A stretch of 64,000 nt of DNA. It comes from an uncultured Gemmatimonadota bacterium (lineage in GTDB: Bacteria > JAAXHH01). Both the position numbers and the translations under genes were made by a program. Below are positions 19,401-28,441 of the stretch, in pieces; within the stretch, counting starts at the first letter, position 1, and every line of letters starts with the position of its first letter. The stretch covers positions 1,696,001 to 1,760,000 of the forward strand of contig OX638340.1 in the NCBI GenBank assembly GCA_951812955.1. The letters are read 5' to 3'. The notes under the pieces are model-generated. The model was not told the origin of the DNA. It worked only from the letters and a program-made list of their open reading frames with translations, and searched no databases.

Positions 19401-20018
19401 TCAGGTCTGGGTCCGTCTGGCCACCATGCGCCGGATCACGCGGTGGCCTTCATCGATGTCTTCTTCGTGCAGCACGGAGAATCGGCCGGCGGGCAGGCGG
19501 TCGGCCGGTTCACCTTCTTTGATACACCAGTCCGGATTCTGCGAAGCCCGGTAGCGCAGATGGTCGAGCGTAAAGCCCTGCCACGCGATGAGCCCGCCAT
19601 CAGCGACCACGGGCCAGGCGTAGTCGAAGACCGCCTGCTCCCAGTACATCACGCAGATTACGAGCGCGAATTTACGATCAGCGGGCGGACGCCAGGCATT
19701 CAGGTCCGCTTCCACACAGGTCAGCCGGGTCCCAAGGCCCTGCTCCGCGGCCTCCGTACGAAGCCGGTCCAGGGCCACGTTCGATATGTCGACGGCAAGC
19801 ACCTCGCGTCCGGCCCCGACCTGGGCCAGTGCCTGGGCTGACATGCCGCACGCGAGTTCCAATACGGGTCCTTCCGGATATCCCAGCTTGGCCGCCTGTT
19901 CGTACAGCGGGCATGATTCTCGCGGCGCCAGGCGCTTCGGCTCCCGGTATCGCGCGTTCCACTTCAGCCGGTCGGGATGGTCTTCGAAGGGTTGCGTGCG
20001 GGGCTCCGTGTTATTCAA
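19401..20018 (-). CDS. Class I SAM-dependent methyltransferase (start tentatively TTG at 20018; no in-frame ATG is available)
   Basis: Motif I VLELACGMSAQ, the acidic motif II VLAVDIS, and motif III LVICVMYW. The ORF-track start at 20300 would overlap the upstream gene by 232 nt. Confidence 0.55.
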   Translation of the reverse strand: MNNTEPRTQPFEDHPDRLKWNARYREPKRLAPRESCPLYEQAAKLGYPEGPVLELACGMSAQALAQVGAGREVLAVDISNVALDRLRTEAAEQGLGTRLTCVEADLNAWRPPADRKFALVICVMYWEQAVFDYAWPVVADGGLIAWQGFTLDHLRYRASQNPDWCIKEGEPADRLPAGRFSVLHEEDIDEGHRVIRRMVARRTQT

Positions 20019-20068
20019 AACGAAAATGCTTCCGTTTGCTGATCGAACCGGGACAACTACGAAGGAAT

Positions 20069-21115
20069 CTACCGTGCCTGAACTTCCTGCGCCACGACGA
20101 GAATGTGGCTGCCCTGCCTGACCGGCTGGCGGAAAGACTGCGACAGAACATAGCCGTCCACGCCCGCGCGCACCGGCCAGGGCGGGTCGTCCATGCGATA
20201 GAAATCGTGCAGGTTGCCCACGACCTGTCCCGCTTTCACGAGGTCGCCGCAGGCCATCAGTGGTTCGTAGTGTCCTGGAAAGGGCGCAGGTACGTAACAT
20301 TCCCGGTCGATAATCGCGGTTAGTTTCTGGGTGCCGTCGGCGTGGTGGGCGATGGGCCGGATATCCCCGACAAGCTGGCCGTGATGAATGGCCGCGGCGC
20401 GTATGCCGTGCCGCGCGTACCGCACGCCGTCGGGATTGACCGATTCGCCCCAGCCCAGTTCCGTTCCGATCGTGATCTTTCCCAGCCTTTCCGCCTCGCT
20501 GACCATCAGCCCAGGGGTCTCGTTCTGGTACACCATAATGAAGGGCGTACCGAACCAGCGGGCCGTGTCTTCGATGACGGCCGACTGGTCAGGATCATCC
20601 ACTTCGTGAAAACTCGAGCACTGTGCAAAGTCGAGTTCGGCGCCACCGGAATGGATGTCCGTCACGACGTGCACACGGGGCCATAGATATTCCCGTACGA
20701 AACGGGCGATACGGTGCGTGATGCCCGCGAGGGCCGGCGACGTCCCTGCGCCGTCCACGAAAGCCCGGTTCAGGTTAACCCCGTCATCTGCGTCGCTTGC
20801 CCGCCGGCCCACGTGGAACGCCCCGGGGTTGAGCACGGGGATGAGGATCAGCCGGCCCCTTACCGCCTCCAGCTCGATCTCCTGAAGCAGTCCCTTGATC
20901 GCGACCGGTCCTTCGTATTCGTTACCGTGATTGGACCCGCTGGCCATGAGCCCCTGGCCTTCTCGGGCGTCGGGCCCTACCAGGACCGTTAAGGGGATGA
21001 GATGATCCGCCCAGAGCGAATCGTGTTCCAGGGCGACCCAGTAGTCCCTGCGCCCCGGGGAATCGAGATCGAGCCTGTCGGGTCGTACCACTTCACGGGG
21101 CATGCCGGTCTCCAA
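20069..21115 (-). CDS. Succinylglutamate desuccinylase / aspartoacylase (AstE/AspA) family zinc hydrolase
   Basis: SGSNHGNEYEG zinc-binding motif and the overall ~350-aa M14-like architecture. Confidence 0.8.
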   Translation of the reverse strand: METGMPREVVRPDRLDLDSPGRRDYWVALEHDSLWADHLIPLTVLVGPDAREGQGLMASGSNHGNEYEGPVAIKGLLQEIELEAVRGRLILIPVLNPGAFHVGRRASDADDGVNLNRAFVDGAGTSPALAGITHRIARFVREYLWPRVHVVTDIHSGGAELDFAQCSSFHEVDDPDQSAVIEDTARWFGTPFIMVYQNETPGLMVSEAERLGKITIGTELGWGESVNPDGVRYARHGIRAAAIHHGQLVGDIRPIAHHADGTQKLTAIIDRECYVPAPFPGHYEPLMACGDLVKAGQVVGNLHDFYRMDDPPWPVRAGVDGYVLSQSFRQPVRQGSHILVVAQEVQAR

Positions 21116-21182
21116 AATCTACGGGTTTATCGTGCAACAAGAGTCAGAACGAATGGCCAGGCATGGCACAGATTACTCGCGC

Positions 21183-21324
21183 CCCACCGAGACGCCGAGC
21201 AATCCGCGATCATCGCGCCCCACACCGAATTGCCGAGCAGTCCGCGATCATCGCGCGTCACACCGAAACGCCGAGCAGTCCGCGGCCACCGCGCGTCACA
21301 CCGAGACGCCGAGCAGTCCGCGAG
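21183..21324. repeat. Tandem repeat of a ~38-bp unit (caccgaRacgccgagcaRtccgcgRYcaYcgcgcgt), ~3.7 copies
   Basis: Read directly. Units are contiguous with no spacers. The array overlaps the last codons and the 3' flank of the UxaA-family gene. Confidence 0.85.
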
Positions 21325-24037
21325 TAATTTGGAAATCCGTGTTGCCGAGGGCCTCGGCCCGGGGCGTATGAATACTGGCGGCCGTGCGTCGGATCAGGTC
21401 CAGGATGTCTTTCCGCTGTGCCTCCGGTCCACCTTCCAGGATGTGGTCCACGTCTTCGCGGAAAGGTCCGGGCAGGTCCTCCGCACCGACCAGGAGTACT
21501 GGAATCATGGGATGGCCGGGCAGTGGATGGCTGCCGACCCCAGCGACGACCAGCTCCACGCCGGAAGCGCCCAGCCCGGTCATGGTCTCCACCCAGTGCG
21601 TAGTCTGTGACTCCATGACGTGCAGCCCGGGCACGGTAAAAGGTTCGCCATAGGCCAAAGTAGGCTTTGCCGGTCCGTCCGCCAGGTGACGCACGAAGGA
21701 CGGATGACCAAGCAACGCCGAGTTGTCCGGCACGACGACCGTTCCACCCTCGCTTACGACATCGAGGATCAGCCGTGAAAGCGCTTCGGAAAGGTCATCG
21801 GAGAGCGGATCGGCCGCGGACACACCCAGCCTGAGATCGGACAGACCGGTATTGCCCGCGACAGGACCATCGCAATCTTCCAGGGTCTCGGCGAACCAGG
21901 TTTCGATGCGATCGATTGCCTTTTCGATACCGCCATCGAGCTGTACGCTGGCCCAGCCGAATCCCGCTGGATCTATGCCGCGGTCCAGCAACTGCTGCCG
22001 ATAGAAGTCGTTGTGCGTGCGTTCGCAGCCATGCTCCAGAAGCAGGGCGGCCCCCGTCATCGGGTGGGTCAGGTAGCCGGTCATGGTGCGGATGTACATC
22101 TCCTCCGACACGCCGCCCGATACGCCGCACCCCTCGGTGTGTACCAGGGTGACGAATCGGGATATGCCGGCCCCGCACCCAACACCTTTCGCACTCAGCC
22201 GCTCCGCGGCCATCCGGGCGATCTGTCCGGAGCACAGGCTGGTGGGTAGAATCAGGCCGACGCGGTCTGTGGCGAGGTTTCCGTTCACTTCGTACATGGG
22301 CAGTTCGAAAGGCGGTGGAGGCGTCGACGCCTCGTTCGAGCGGACCGCCAGCGGTTCTCCCATCGGCGCTGGCCTGTCGCGGAGGACCTGCAGCCGACTC
22401 CCGTCTGTCTGGCGCCAGTCGCGCCAGATCTGGGTCTGGCTGTGACCCGCCTTTTCGCCGCGGGTCAGTTCGCCCGAGGCCGTTCGCAATGTCAGGTCAA
22501 GAGTCCTTCGTCCCAGTTCGTCCATGGATTCGCCGTCCAGGTAGGCGCCGGCGTTGACGTCCATTTCGCCCGAAAGCATTTCGTACCGTTTCGTAGTCGT
22601 CACGATTTTGATCGTAGGGACAAAAGGAAAGTTGGTGATGGATCCGTTGCCGGTTATGAAGAAGATGACATTGCCGCCGGACGCTACCTGGCCGGCGATA
22701 GCTTCCAGGTCGTTGCCGGGACTGTCCATGAAGTAGTACCCCGGCTCCTTCATCGGTACCGCGTAGTCGATGGCGTAGTCGAGTCGTACGTCGGGGTGGC
22801 GCTTCCGGGCCGCGCCGATGGATTTGAGCACGATGTTGTAAATCCCCCTGAGCTTGTTGCCCCCGGAGGGGTTGGCATCCACCGACTGGCCATGCCACGC
22901 CGTTCGCTCCTGGAAACGCTCGATCATGTGGAGGAACGTGCGGGCCGTCTCGATATCCCGGACATTCTGCAGCACATAGGGTTCGCCGCCGATGAGCTCG
23001 TCAGTTTCGGCAAGACTGGCCTTGCCTCCGAAGCGGATGATCTCCCGTGCGACGAGCGCGGCCAGCGGATTGCCCGATATGCCCGAAAACGAATCCGAAC
23101 CACCGCACTGAAGCACGATGTTGAGATGGGACGCGGAAGCCGGCATCCGTGCGACGCGGTTAACCGTCTCGAACCAGCCGGTGACGAACCTCGCACTACG
23201 CTCAAGTTCCTCGTCAAATCCGCCTTTGAGCGTTTCAAAACGGTGCAGCACCTCGTTCAGCGGATAGCCGTTAAGCCGCATGTAGTTTTCCAGCATCCGG
23301 TCCGTCACGATTTCTGTTCCGCGGTCCACCGCGTAGACCGCACCCACATTGGGATGGACCATGAAGCCCGCCAGCGTCCGCAGCACCAGTTCCCGGTTAT
23401 TGGGGTCCACCCCGGCGCCGCCCTCGGTATGTGCCACGGCCACGACGCCATCTATATTCGGATACCGTTCCACCTTTTCCTTCAGTCTGGATTCCAGCCG
23501 CCGCACGAATCCTGCCGTCTGCGACGTAATGCCCAGGAGGACGATGAAGTTCCGGGTTCCGACGCCCCGCGCCTTCCCTCTGTCATATCCATCGAAGGTC
23601 GGAGGCTTGTCGCTGACAGGAATCTGCTCGCCCGGTGTGAAGGTGGATTCGTCCAGCTCGTAGGGTACCACGCGGTCTTCGAAGTTCGGCTGATCCGGGA
23701 GGGCGAAATCTACCTGCCGTACGCGGAGGGCGTTGAGAATGTCGCCGTTGCAGATGTAATCGCCCGGCGCGATGTCCCGGGTCGCCCGTCCGAAAGGCTG
23801 TCCCCAGGACAGGACGTACTCCCCGGCAGGTATGGCCCGGATGGCGAAACGATGCCCTTCCAGCAGTGAATGGGCGACGGAAAAGGAGTTGCCGGTTTCG
23901 TTGGCAACGCGCGTGCCGGCCTCCAGCCTTCGGGACACGATGGCCACGTTGTCGCCGGGTTCGGCAAGGCGCGCAATGTCTTTCAGGCGGCAGACGGACA
24001 CGATGCCAGGATCCTTGCTGTTAGCATATCTAACCAT
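21296..24037 (-). CDS. UxaA-family (altronate / galactarate dehydratase-like) protein with an internal tandem duplication: SAF domain + Cys-less dehydratase copy + second Cys-containing dehydratase copy
   Basis: 913-aa continuous ORF. Contains an N-terminal SAF domain and a first dehydratase module with the GD_AH_C signatures (CGGSDSFSGISGNP, FFITGNGS, HSQTQIWRDWRQ) but no Cys in the iron-site region. A second module has the Cys ligands (LILPTSLCSGQIA, HTEGCGVSGG, LEHGCE) and ends with FQITRG. Confidence 0.75.
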   Translation of the reverse strand: MVRYANSKDPGIVSVCRLKDIARLAEPGDNVAIVSRRLEAGTRVANETGNSFSVAHSLLEGHRFAIRAIPAGEYVLSWGQPFGRATRDIAPGDYICNGDILNALRVRQVDFALPDQPNFEDRVVPYELDESTFTPGEQIPVSDKPPTFDGYDRGKARGVGTRNFIVLLGITSQTAGFVRRLESRLKEKVERYPNIDGVVAVAHTEGGAGVDPNNRELVLRTLAGFMVHPNVGAVYAVDRGTEIVTDRMLENYMRLNGYPLNEVLHRFETLKGGFDEELERSARFVTGWFETVNRVARMPASASHLNIVLQCGGSDSFSGISGNPLAALVAREIIRFGGKASLAETDELIGGEPYVLQNVRDIETARTFLHMIERFQERTAWHGQSVDANPSGGNKLRGIYNIVLKSIGAARKRHPDVRLDYAIDYAVPMKEPGYYFMDSPGNDLEAIAGQVASGGNVIFFITGNGSITNFPFVPTIKIVTTTKRYEMLSGEMDVNAGAYLDGESMDELGRRTLDLTLRTASGELTRGEKAGHSQTQIWRDWRQTDGSRLQVLRDRPAPMGEPLAVRSNEASTPPPPFELPMYEVNGNLATDRVGLILPTSLCSGQIARMAAERLSAKGVGCGAGISRFVTLVHTEGCGVSGGVSEEMYIRTMTGYLTHPMTGAALLLEHGCERTHNDFYRQQLLDRGIDPAGFGWASVQLDGGIEKAIDRIETWFAETLEDCDGPVAGNTGLSDLRLGVSAADPLSDDLSEALSRLILDVVSEGGTVVVPDNSALLGHPSFVRHLADGPAKPTLAYGEPFTVPGLHVMESQTTHWVETMTGLGASGVELVVAGVGSHPLPGHPMIPVLLVGAEDLPGPFREDVDHILEGGPEAQRKDILDLIRRTAASIHTPRAEALGNTDFQITRGLLGVSV

Positions 24038-24083
24038 TTCCTACGCAATTAAATCGACGGAAGAATAAACTATAGAAACAAGA

Positions 24084-25334
24084 CTACGTATCTTTGGAGA
24101 GCATCAACTGGATTTTGGGATGGAGATGGCTAACAAGCCTATTCAAGTGATCCCTCATCCAGGAAACAGCGTTCTCGAAATCCGGGGTTTCCCCTTCTTG
24201 TGACAGAAACGACATATCACAGTCCAGATAAAACCCAATTCTTGGTCTATCGGCCGTGTTGTACCACTGGTCGAGGTTATTACCAAGTACTTTTTTAAGA
24301 TCCTCAAACGAGGCATTGATTTCTTCAAAGATCCTGACTTCTCGAGTCTGGTTTTTACGAACTGTAAGATAGCATCCGATTGCCCCGTTTTGTCGGTACA
24401 GATAACCCACAAAACTCAATGCCCAACCGTTGAATGATGAATTCTTTACTGGTAAATATAGAGTTGGATCTTTAGGTGGTTTGGGCCATAACTCAGTCAG
24501 TGAATCTATGGTTGAATCCGAAAACGAGAAATCTTTCAAAACTGCATTCCAAAATCGCAGGTTTTCCTTTTCATATGGTGATTCTTGATAATCATCATCA
24601 CTAGATTCGTCCAGGTCTGCAGGTACGACAGCTCCATTATCACTCTCAATTACGAAACGTCGTACGATTTCAGTACGCGCAAGTACACGAGGATGAACAA
24701 ACAGATTGTGGGCTTTATCGCGGTAAAGGGCCGCTTCCACTAGTGCCAGGTTGAAGTGTAATCCACTGTGGCGCTGTACGAAATCTACTATGTTTTCCAC
24801 ACCTTCCCGAATACCATCGCCAACTATCAATAGTAGGAATTCCCCGCGTTTCAGGTGACGTGAGACATTGTCAACGAATTCAGCTTCATTCAGGTTTGAT
24901 TTTTCTTTACGCACTTTTACGTAGAGAACATTCCCATTCATGCCGGTATTCAGAGATACTTCACGTTGCAAATCTTCGTAATCCCACGAAGCTACTTCCT
25001 TCGTGTAGTCGAGTATTTGGCCAATAACCTCTCGCCGTGCCTGCTGGTTACGCCAGAGTTTGAACTCAACTAGTACAAGTTTTCCTAAGTGGTTTGCGTA
25101 TAACGCGTCTAAGTATCCAGCATTAGTATTCAACTCTCGACAGATTGGAACTAATCCTTCGTATGCAGGATCGATGGCTGTTATTGGTAGAGCTTGTGGA
25201 TGACAAAAAAGAAGCTTTTGTAGCTTTTCTTCGTAAATGCTCCCGTCAGATACTCCAGTATCAAGTGGGACACGAGTTACAACTTCTGGATCTTCGTCTT
25301 CGACATTATTCACAATGATCAGTTTATCTGACAT
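24084..25334 (-). CDS. PD-(D/E)xK nuclease-fold protein (NucS/DUF91-like N-terminal domain plus an uncharacterised C-terminal domain), the only gene in an AT-rich island
   Basis: AGYLDALYANHLGKLVLVEFKLW...REVIGQILDYT matches the D...(E)xK...QxxxY core of RecB/NucS-like nucleases. About 42% GC versus ~65% in the flanks. Confidence 0.55.
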   Translation of the reverse strand: MSDKLIIVNNVEDEDPEVVTRVPLDTGVSDGSIYEEKLQKLLFCHPQALPITAIDPAYEGLVPICRELNTNAGYLDALYANHLGKLVLVEFKLWRNQQARREVIGQILDYTKEVASWDYEDLQREVSLNTGMNGNVLYVKVRKEKSNLNEAEFVDNVSRHLKRGEFLLLIVGDGIREGVENIVDFVQRHSGLHFNLALVEAALYRDKAHNLFVHPRVLARTEIVRRFVIESDNGAVVPADLDESSDDDYQESPYEKENLRFWNAVLKDFSFSDSTIDSLTELWPKPPKDPTLYLPVKNSSFNGWALSFVGYLYRQNGAIGCYLTVRKNQTREVRIFEEINASFEDLKKVLGNNLDQWYNTADRPRIGFYLDCDMSFLSQEGETPDFENAVSWMRDHLNRLVSHLHPKIQLMLSKDT

Positions 25335-25601
25335 TTACACACTCCAAATTTTGTCACGATTACAGATCCTGATACTTCCTTGCGCCAAAAGTATCTGAAG
25401 TAGATTTCAAATTTCGACACTTTCAGGCCATTCTTGTATTGAGAACGTAATTGATGAAATCCTCGATTCCCGGACTGGCAAGGTACCACTCGCCCCGACT
25501 CCGTGTCAAAGGTAATTCGGCGGCCGCCGATCCGCCCGCCGGATGCCGCGAGCGGCACAGTTGACGCTGCGGCCGAACGGTGTACATTGTCTTCCGGACT
25601 T

Positions 25602-25694
25602 GGTTCGTCTCACGGGCCGGACGCGGTTTCGTCTCACGGACCATTCACGGTTTCATCTCAATCGACGGTCGCGGTTTCATCCAGCGGAACCCCT
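25602..25694. repeat. Four direct repeats with exact 23-bp periodicity (core cGGTTTCrTCTCA) ~50 bp upstream of the following gene; putative regulator-binding sites
   Basis: Core copies start at 25602, 25625, 25648 and 25671, read directly. Confidence 0.6.
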
Positions 25695-25740
25695 CGCTTC
25701 CAGATTCCGATCCAGAACATCCGCCAGCCGGAGGTCCAAA

Positions 25741-27333
25741 ATGCTTGTAGGGTACGTCAGCGACGAACGATATGTTGCCATTCCTGAAGTCCTGCTCGAA
25801 TTCGAAGCCGGCGGGGAATCCATCGAAGCGCGCTCGCGGGCTACGGGGGCGGTCTACGCGGACGTAACGCCCGGACGGGAATACAGGGTCACGCTGGCAT
25901 GCAGGGATTTCGGATTCAAGAGCGTGTACATGACACCGCGCGAAGACCAACCCTACCATTTCCGGCTGTTGCGGGACGACCTGCTGGGCTACATGTGGCC
26001 CAAGTGGGTCCGTACCGGGGAGAAATCGGAATTCCGCGTGCACGCCGTGGAGGCCTACCAGTTGGAACTCTACCGCTACGGATGGAAGAAGGAATACATC
26101 CGGAACATCGGCTGGTACGACGAGCACGGCCCCCGCGCCACGATGCAGATCACGCCCGATGGCGATTACACGCGGTCCGGGGTGAAGTGGAACACCCAGG
26201 GCTATACCAATCCCGCCCACAAACAATACATCGAGGCGCCGGAACGGTCCGGCCTGTACTACCTGCACGCTTCCACTGAGAACGGCGGTTTCTTTTCCTT
26301 CCCCTGGATCGTCGCACCGGCCGCGCCGTCAGCCGACGTCGCCGTACTGGCCGCCAACATCAACTGGAACGCCTACAACAACTTCGGGGGCCGTAGCAAT
26401 TACATCCACGCCGACGAGTTTCCGCCGACCCCCACGGTCAACGCCCGCTACGACCTGAAGCGGTACACCGATCCCTCGCACCGGATGTACAGCGCGGAAG
26501 ACTATGCGCCGCTCTCCTTCGACCGGCCGGAACCGATAAACCACGTTCCCGAGGACGACGAAGCGATGGACATGATCGCGGGTCGCGCGGCGTGCCACGT
26601 CGCGCCCGCGGAGTGGCGTTACCTGGCCTGGATGGAACGGGAGGGATTCGGCTACGACCTATATGCGGAGACGCAGTTCCATGACGGCACGCTGCCCCTT
26701 GACCGGTACCGGGTGCTGATCACCACTACCCACCCGGAATACTGGTCGAAGGACATGTATTTCCGGCTCAAGGCCTGGGTATTCGAATCAGGTGGCAGGC
26801 TCATGTATCTGGGCGGCAATGGCCTGAATTGCGAGGTCGTGTTCGTCGACGAGTACACCATGAAGGTCATGAACGGCAACATCGATTCTCTCGACCGGCC
26901 AGGGGTGGGCATTGAAAGCCGTTTCAACATCTACAACGAATCGGAAGCCAACCTGCTCGGCGTCGCCTTCACGCGGACGGGGATCATGACCAGCGCGCCT
27001 TACCGCGTGATCGACGCAGGCCACTGGGTCTTCGAAGGTACCGGGGTACAGGAAGGAGATATCTTCGGCGAAGCCAGCCTGCACGAACGGGTCCCCGGCG
27101 GCGCGTCGGGACACGAGACCGACAAGATTACCCCGAGTTCACCGCCGAACACCCACCTGATCGCCAAGGGCACCAACGTGGATGATGGCGGCGCCGAGAT
27201 GGTCGTGCATGAGACGGAAAGCGGCGGGATGGTCTTCTCGGCGGGATCGATCACCTATCCGTCGTCGATCCTCGTCGACGACGTGGTGTCGCGGGTCACG
27301 TCCAACGTGCTGAAGCGGTTTCTGGTGGACTGA
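25741..27333 (+). CDS. Large hydrolase-like protein, tentatively N,N-dimethylformamidase large-subunit-like (DUF6605-type)
   Basis: 530 aa with high coding GC3. Family assignment is from memory of motifs (INWNAYNNFGG, YRVLITTTHPEYWS) and is not verified. Confidence 0.45.
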   Translation: MLVGYVSDERYVAIPEVLLEFEAGGESIEARSRATGAVYADVTPGREYRVTLACRDFGFKSVYMTPREDQPYHFRLLRDDLLGYMWPKWVRTGEKSEFRVHAVEAYQLELYRYGWKKEYIRNIGWYDEHGPRATMQITPDGDYTRSGVKWNTQGYTNPAHKQYIEAPERSGLYYLHASTENGGFFSFPWIVAPAAPSADVAVLAANINWNAYNNFGGRSNYIHADEFPPTPTVNARYDLKRYTDPSHRMYSAEDYAPLSFDRPEPINHVPEDDEAMDMIAGRAACHVAPAEWRYLAWMEREGFGYDLYAETQFHDGTLPLDRYRVLITTTHPEYWSKDMYFRLKAWVFESGGRLMYLGGNGLNCEVVFVDEYTMKVMNGNIDSLDRPGVGIESRFNIYNESEANLLGVAFTRTGIMTSAPYRVIDAGHWVFEGTGVQEGDIFGEASLHERVPGGASGHETDKITPSSPPNTHLIAKGTNVDDGGAEMVVHETESGGMVFSAGSITYPSSILVDDVVSRVTSNVLKRFLVD

Positions 27334-27420
27334 TCGGCGAGCGTTGCCCCGGACTTGAGAGCTTGGGAGCGAGGATCGCGCGGTTTTTCGCACCATCGGA
27401 TCAAGACGCGCACCTCAATC

Positions 27421-28371
27421 CTACAACTTCCTCTGGTAGACCCCCGTCACCCGGTGGTTCATTCCCTTCTCGAGGATCAGGTCCGCCCGTTCTCGGGTTG
27501 GAATGATGTTATCGCGCAGGTTCACCAGGTTGATGTCCCGCCAGATTCCCCTGGCCGTTTCCACGGCCTCTTCCGTACTCAGGCCAGCATAGTGATGGAA
27601 GTAGGACTCGGGATTTTGAAAAGCGGTATCCCGTAGCCTCAGGAACCGGTCGACGTACCACTGCGCCAGATCGTGTTCCTCGGCTTCCACGTAAATCGAG
27701 AAATCGATGAAGTCGGATACGAAGACACGAGGCGACGCGTCGCCGGCCAGGTGATGGCCGGTCTGCAGGATGTTCAACCCCTCCAGGATGATGATATCGG
27801 GCTGCGTGATCGTCTTTTCGACGCCGGGCACGATATCGTAGATCAGATGCCTGTACACCGGAACGGTGACCGTCTCACGGCCCGACTTCACGTCCGCCAT
27901 CATCCGCACCAGACGCCGGAGATCGTAGCTCTCCGGAAAGCCCTTCCGCTGCATGAGTCCTCTTTCCTCAAGGACCCGGTTGGAAAACAGGAATCCGTCC
28001 GTGGTGACCAGGTCCACCCGGGGATGGTTCGGCCAGCGGCTCAGCAGGGCCTGCAGGATACGCGCCGTCGTGCTCTTACCCACCGCCACGCTGCCTCCGA
28101 TACCGATTACGTAGGGCACTTTGGCGGCCGGTTTGCCGAGGAAGGTGTCCATTACCCGGTACAGGTGCTGCGCCGCGCCAACATGCAGGTTGAGAAACCG
28201 CGACATGGGCAGGTACACCTCGGCGACCTCGTCGAGGTGTACCATCTCGTTGATGCCGTGCAGTTCCTTCAGGTCTTCTTCCGACAGCGTCAGCGGCGTA
28301 GCGGCGCGCAGTTCCGACCACTCGTCGCGGGACATGTAGTTGAAAGGGGAAAGAGAAGACGATGGGGACAT
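27421..28371 (-). CDS. coaA: Type I pantothenate kinase
   Basis: P-loop [18 protein letters not shown] and the PRK/uridine-kinase fold motifs. 316 aa, typical of CoaA. Confidence 0.85.
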   Translation of the reverse strand: MSPSSSLSPFNYMSRDEWSELRAATPLTLSEEDLKELHGINEMVHLDEVAEVYLPMSRFLNLHVGAAQHLYRVMDTFLGKPAAKVPYVIGIGGSVAVGKSTTARILQALLSRWPNHPRVDLVTTDGFLFSNRVLEERGLMQRKGFPESYDLRRLVRMMADVKSGRETVTVPVYRHLIYDIVPGVEKTITQPDIIILEGLNILQTGHHLAGDASPRVFVSDFIDFSIYVEAEEHDLAQWYVDRFLRLRDTAFQNPESYFHHYAGLSTEEAVETARGIWRDINLVNLRDNIIPTRERADLILEKGMNHRVTGVYQRKL

Positions 28372-28441
28372 GGCTTCCTTCCGAATGGTTCCAATGGGAC
28401 CACTGATCTATCGCGGGGATGCCCGCGGACCGGCCGGCCGA

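Noticed and set aside
19401-20300. Full-length 299-aa version of the methyltransferase ORF
   Set aside because: The N-terminal ~95 aa are Arg/Gly-rich and overlap the 3' end of the upstream desuccinylase-family gene by 232 nt. It was truncated to a TTG start just upstream of the methyltransferase fold.
22442-23869. 475-aa plus-strand ORF
   Set aside because: It is antisense to the UxaA-family gene, with biased Arg/His/Val composition and no RBS.
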